From Octopus sinensis (taxonomy: Eukaryota): 64,000 nt of DNA. Position 1 is the stretch's first letter. Every line of letters starts with the position of its first letter. This document shows, piece after piece, positions 1-64,000 of this stretch. Under the pieces are notes generated by a model. The model was not told where the DNA came from, searched no databases, and saw only the letters and a list, made by a program, of their open reading frames with translations. Where the stretch lies: assembly GCF_006345805.1 (NCBI RefSeq), contig NC_043005.1:4340001-4404000 (forward strand). The letters run 5' to 3'. A program made the translations under genes and the position numbers.

Positions 1-4
1 ATCA

Positions 5-370
5 TTTACTCTTTTACTTATTTCAGTCATTTAACTGTGGCCATGCTGGAGCACCACCTTTAGTCGAGCAAATCGACCCCAGGACTTATTCTTTATAAGC
101 CTAGTACTTATTCTATCGGTCTCTTTTGCCAAACCGCTAAGTTACACACCAGCATCGGTTGTCAAGCGATGTTGGGGGGACAAACACATACATAAATATA
201 TACATATATACGACAGGCTTCTTTCAGTTTCCGTCTACCAAATCCACTCACAAGGCTTTGGTTGGCCTGAGGCTATAGTAGAAGACACTTGCCCAAGGTG
301 TCACACAGTGGGACTGAACCTGGAACCATGTGGTTGGTAAGCAAGCTACTTACCACACAGCCAATCCTGT
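5..370 (-). mobile_element. Octopus-type tRNA-derived SINE, family A (CORE-like), near full length
   Basis: Reverse complement has an A-box-like TGGCTGTGTGG, a B-box-like GGTTCAGTCCC, GCACCTTGGGCAAG (CORE-like), an internal microsatellite and the tail CAGCATGGCCACAG.T.AA.TGACTGAAA; about five copies in the window. Confidence 0.85.
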
Positions 371-1561
371 GCCTTATACTGTTAATTTTTCCTTAAATAA
401 GTTTTGATATTTTGAAATATTGAAATCAACAGATTATTATCTGTTGGAAAGGATTGCTTCCAGAAGAAAAGGACAAAAAAATGGAAGAAATGGTAGCTGA
501 GAATCACCATTAGAGTAAAGTGCAACATTGACCAACTCAATATGGCTCATTATCTTTTGTCAATTTAATTTGCGACTTCTATTTGAATATTCATTCGCTT
601 TTAACAAGTTTATTTTCAGCCATCAGCTATTTTCATTTGCACCTTGAAAAACTCGATTCCACATTGTTATAATTTCTTGATCTGTAATAATTTAGTGAGT
701 TGTCCATAATAACATAGTGAGTTGCTGGTACAACAGATATTGGCAAATCTTGATTTCAGTTCCGTTACAGCTCCATGTTCTAAGCCTGTTATTCTGATGC
801 TCAGATTTTACTCAAGACCTCTTCCTTTTCATTGTTCTGTGTGTCAATGAAACTAATTCTCATCACAAAGACTGGAAATGTTAGCTGCAAAAAGGGAATT
901 TAGATAAGCAATTTTGGCATTGTGTTGCTCAACCGACTGCTTCCATGCTTGAATGTTGCCTGATCCTAGTATGATTATCAATGTCGTTTTAACAGATTGT
1001 TGGAATTAAAGTTTCTTCAAACTAATTTTAAATGATTTATAATGAAGGACCATTTATTAATATCTCTTTTTATTTTATATTTTTTGTTTATTTTATTTTA
1101 TTTTATTTATTTGTTTGTTCCAAATTTATTGCATTTTGAACTTTAACTCCACAAATTTTGATGGAAACCATTTTTATATAAGAATTTTTGATTGATAAAC
1201 CTTTTCATTTGAGAATATTCTGGTAACTCCATATATTTATGTGTGTGTGTGTAGATGTGTGTGTCAGTGCTGACATGACATAAGCTCACAAATACAAAAA
1301 TCTATATGAACCCCAACACACACATATCCTGCCAGCAGCAGTCAGTGGGAGCCACTTAAGGGTCAGGCTAGATAAAGACAATAGCAGAACAGCACTTCAT
1401 TGATTTAACCCTTTTATTACCATATTTCTGTTAAAATACATTTCAATTAATTTTGAAAGTAATTAAATATTTCGTAAAATAACTTTGACATCTTCAATTA
1501 AAAATAATTTGAAAGAAGCTCTGCATGTATGTAGGTGTTTGTGTAGATAAGTATGTGTACG

Positions 1562-1925
1562 TGTGGTAAGTAGCTTGCTTATGAACCACATGGTTCCAGG
1601 TTCAGTCCCACTGCATGGCACCTTGGGCAAGTGTCTTCTACTATAGCCTCGGACCGACCAAAGCCTTGTGAGTGGATTTGGTAGACAGAAACTGAAAGAA
1701 GCCCGTCATACATATGTATATGTGTGTGTGTGTGTGTCTGTGTTTGTCCCCTCAACATCGCTTGACAACTGATCCTGGTGTGTTTACGTCCCTGTAACTT
1801 AGCAGTTCGGCAAAAGAGACCGATAAAATAGGTACTAGCCTTACAAAGAATAAGTCCTGGGGTCGATTTTCTCGACTAAAGGCAGTGCTTCAGCATGGCC
1901 ACAGTCAAATGACTAAAATAAGTAC
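1562..1925 (+). mobile_element. SINE family A
   Basis: Same head, core and tail as 5-370, opposite orientation. Confidence 0.85.
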
Positions 1926-2198
1926 ACATACACACACACACACACATTTGTACATAAGAGGTATTTTCCTGTTCTTTTTCTGTCTTGCAAGTTTACATGG
2001 CAACCTCATTAGTGGTGGTGGCATGGAAAAAAAAGACACTTGTTACGCTCTATAAAGTGATTGGTTTTGTAAGGACATGAAGCTATGGAAACCATACGAA
2101 ATCCGGGAATGGAGCTTGATGTGGCCTTGATGTGTTTGCCAGATCATGGCAAACAGTCCAGACCGTGCCAGCATGGAATACAGCCATAAAGTGATGTG

Positions 2199-2250
<52 letters not shown>

Positions 2251-2425
2251 ATGTGTGTGTGTGTGTATGTATGTATGTGTGTGTGTGTATGTATGTGTGT
2301 GTATATCTATATGTGTGTGTGTATATCTATATGTCTGTGTATATATCTATATGTGTGAGTGTGTATATATGTGTGTGTGTATATGTGTGTGTGTGTGTAT
2401 GTATATCTATGTGTGTGTGTATATA
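2199..2425. repeat. Compound (TG)n/(TATG)n microsatellite
   Basis: Direct inspection. Confidence 0.95.
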
Positions 2426-2626
2426 GAGATGGAGGATATTAGGGTTTTTTTGCAAGGTGGGGGTTAATAAAAAATGGGCCAAATTCAATCGATTCTGTCA
2501 CCGGTCTTGTTGTTGTTGTTGTTATATCTTTTACGTGTTTTAGTAAATTTGGCATTTCTTCTTTTTCTTTTTTTTCTAAATGATCTTTAGGTCTTTGTTA
2601 ATTTTGTGTTTAAAATTGTATTACAG

Positions 2627-63828
<61,202 letters not shown>

Positions 63829-64000
63829 GTAAGTCCTTCCAAATAATTTTAATGCATAAAGTTTATGGGGTTTTGAATCTTAGTTTTATCTGTTTTCCAA
63901 GGTCGAATCATACAAAGTACCAGTAATAACCTGTGGTTAATTCAGTCAACTGTATTTCCTTTCTTTTCTTTTTTGTCTTTGTGTGTGCAATCATAACACT

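Overview
Eukaryotic, AT-rich, SINE- and microsatellite-dense DNA of octopus (coleoid cephalopod) type; the taxon is inferred from the repeat families. The whole window lies inside one + strand gene, a spectraplakin (shot/MACF1/dystonin/vab-10 family). I traced 18 exons with GT-AG boundaries whose phases all join. Fifteen short exons (2627-32316) encode the plakin domain with its SH3 insert and the following spectrin-like repeats. Two giant phase-0/phase-0 exons rich in plectin repeats follow: G1 33943-46304 (~12.4 kb) and G2 51473-58978 (7.5 kb). One short exon (63682-63828) starts the spectrin rod. The gene's 5' end (actin-binding domain) and 3' end (EF-hand/GAR) lie outside the window. G1 has an apparent 1-nt deletion at ~34637, two alternative in-frame donors, and a ~1.6 kb coding minisatellite with 36-nt and 108-nt higher-order periods. 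Introns carry several tRNA-derived SINE families, piggyBac- and hAT-type MITEs, CR1/L2/RTE LINE 3' fragments, a ~170 bp near-perfect palindrome and a triplicated retroposon tail. No rRNA, genuine tRNA or CRISPR features were found. Repeat boundaries are approximate and family names are by motif recall, not database search.
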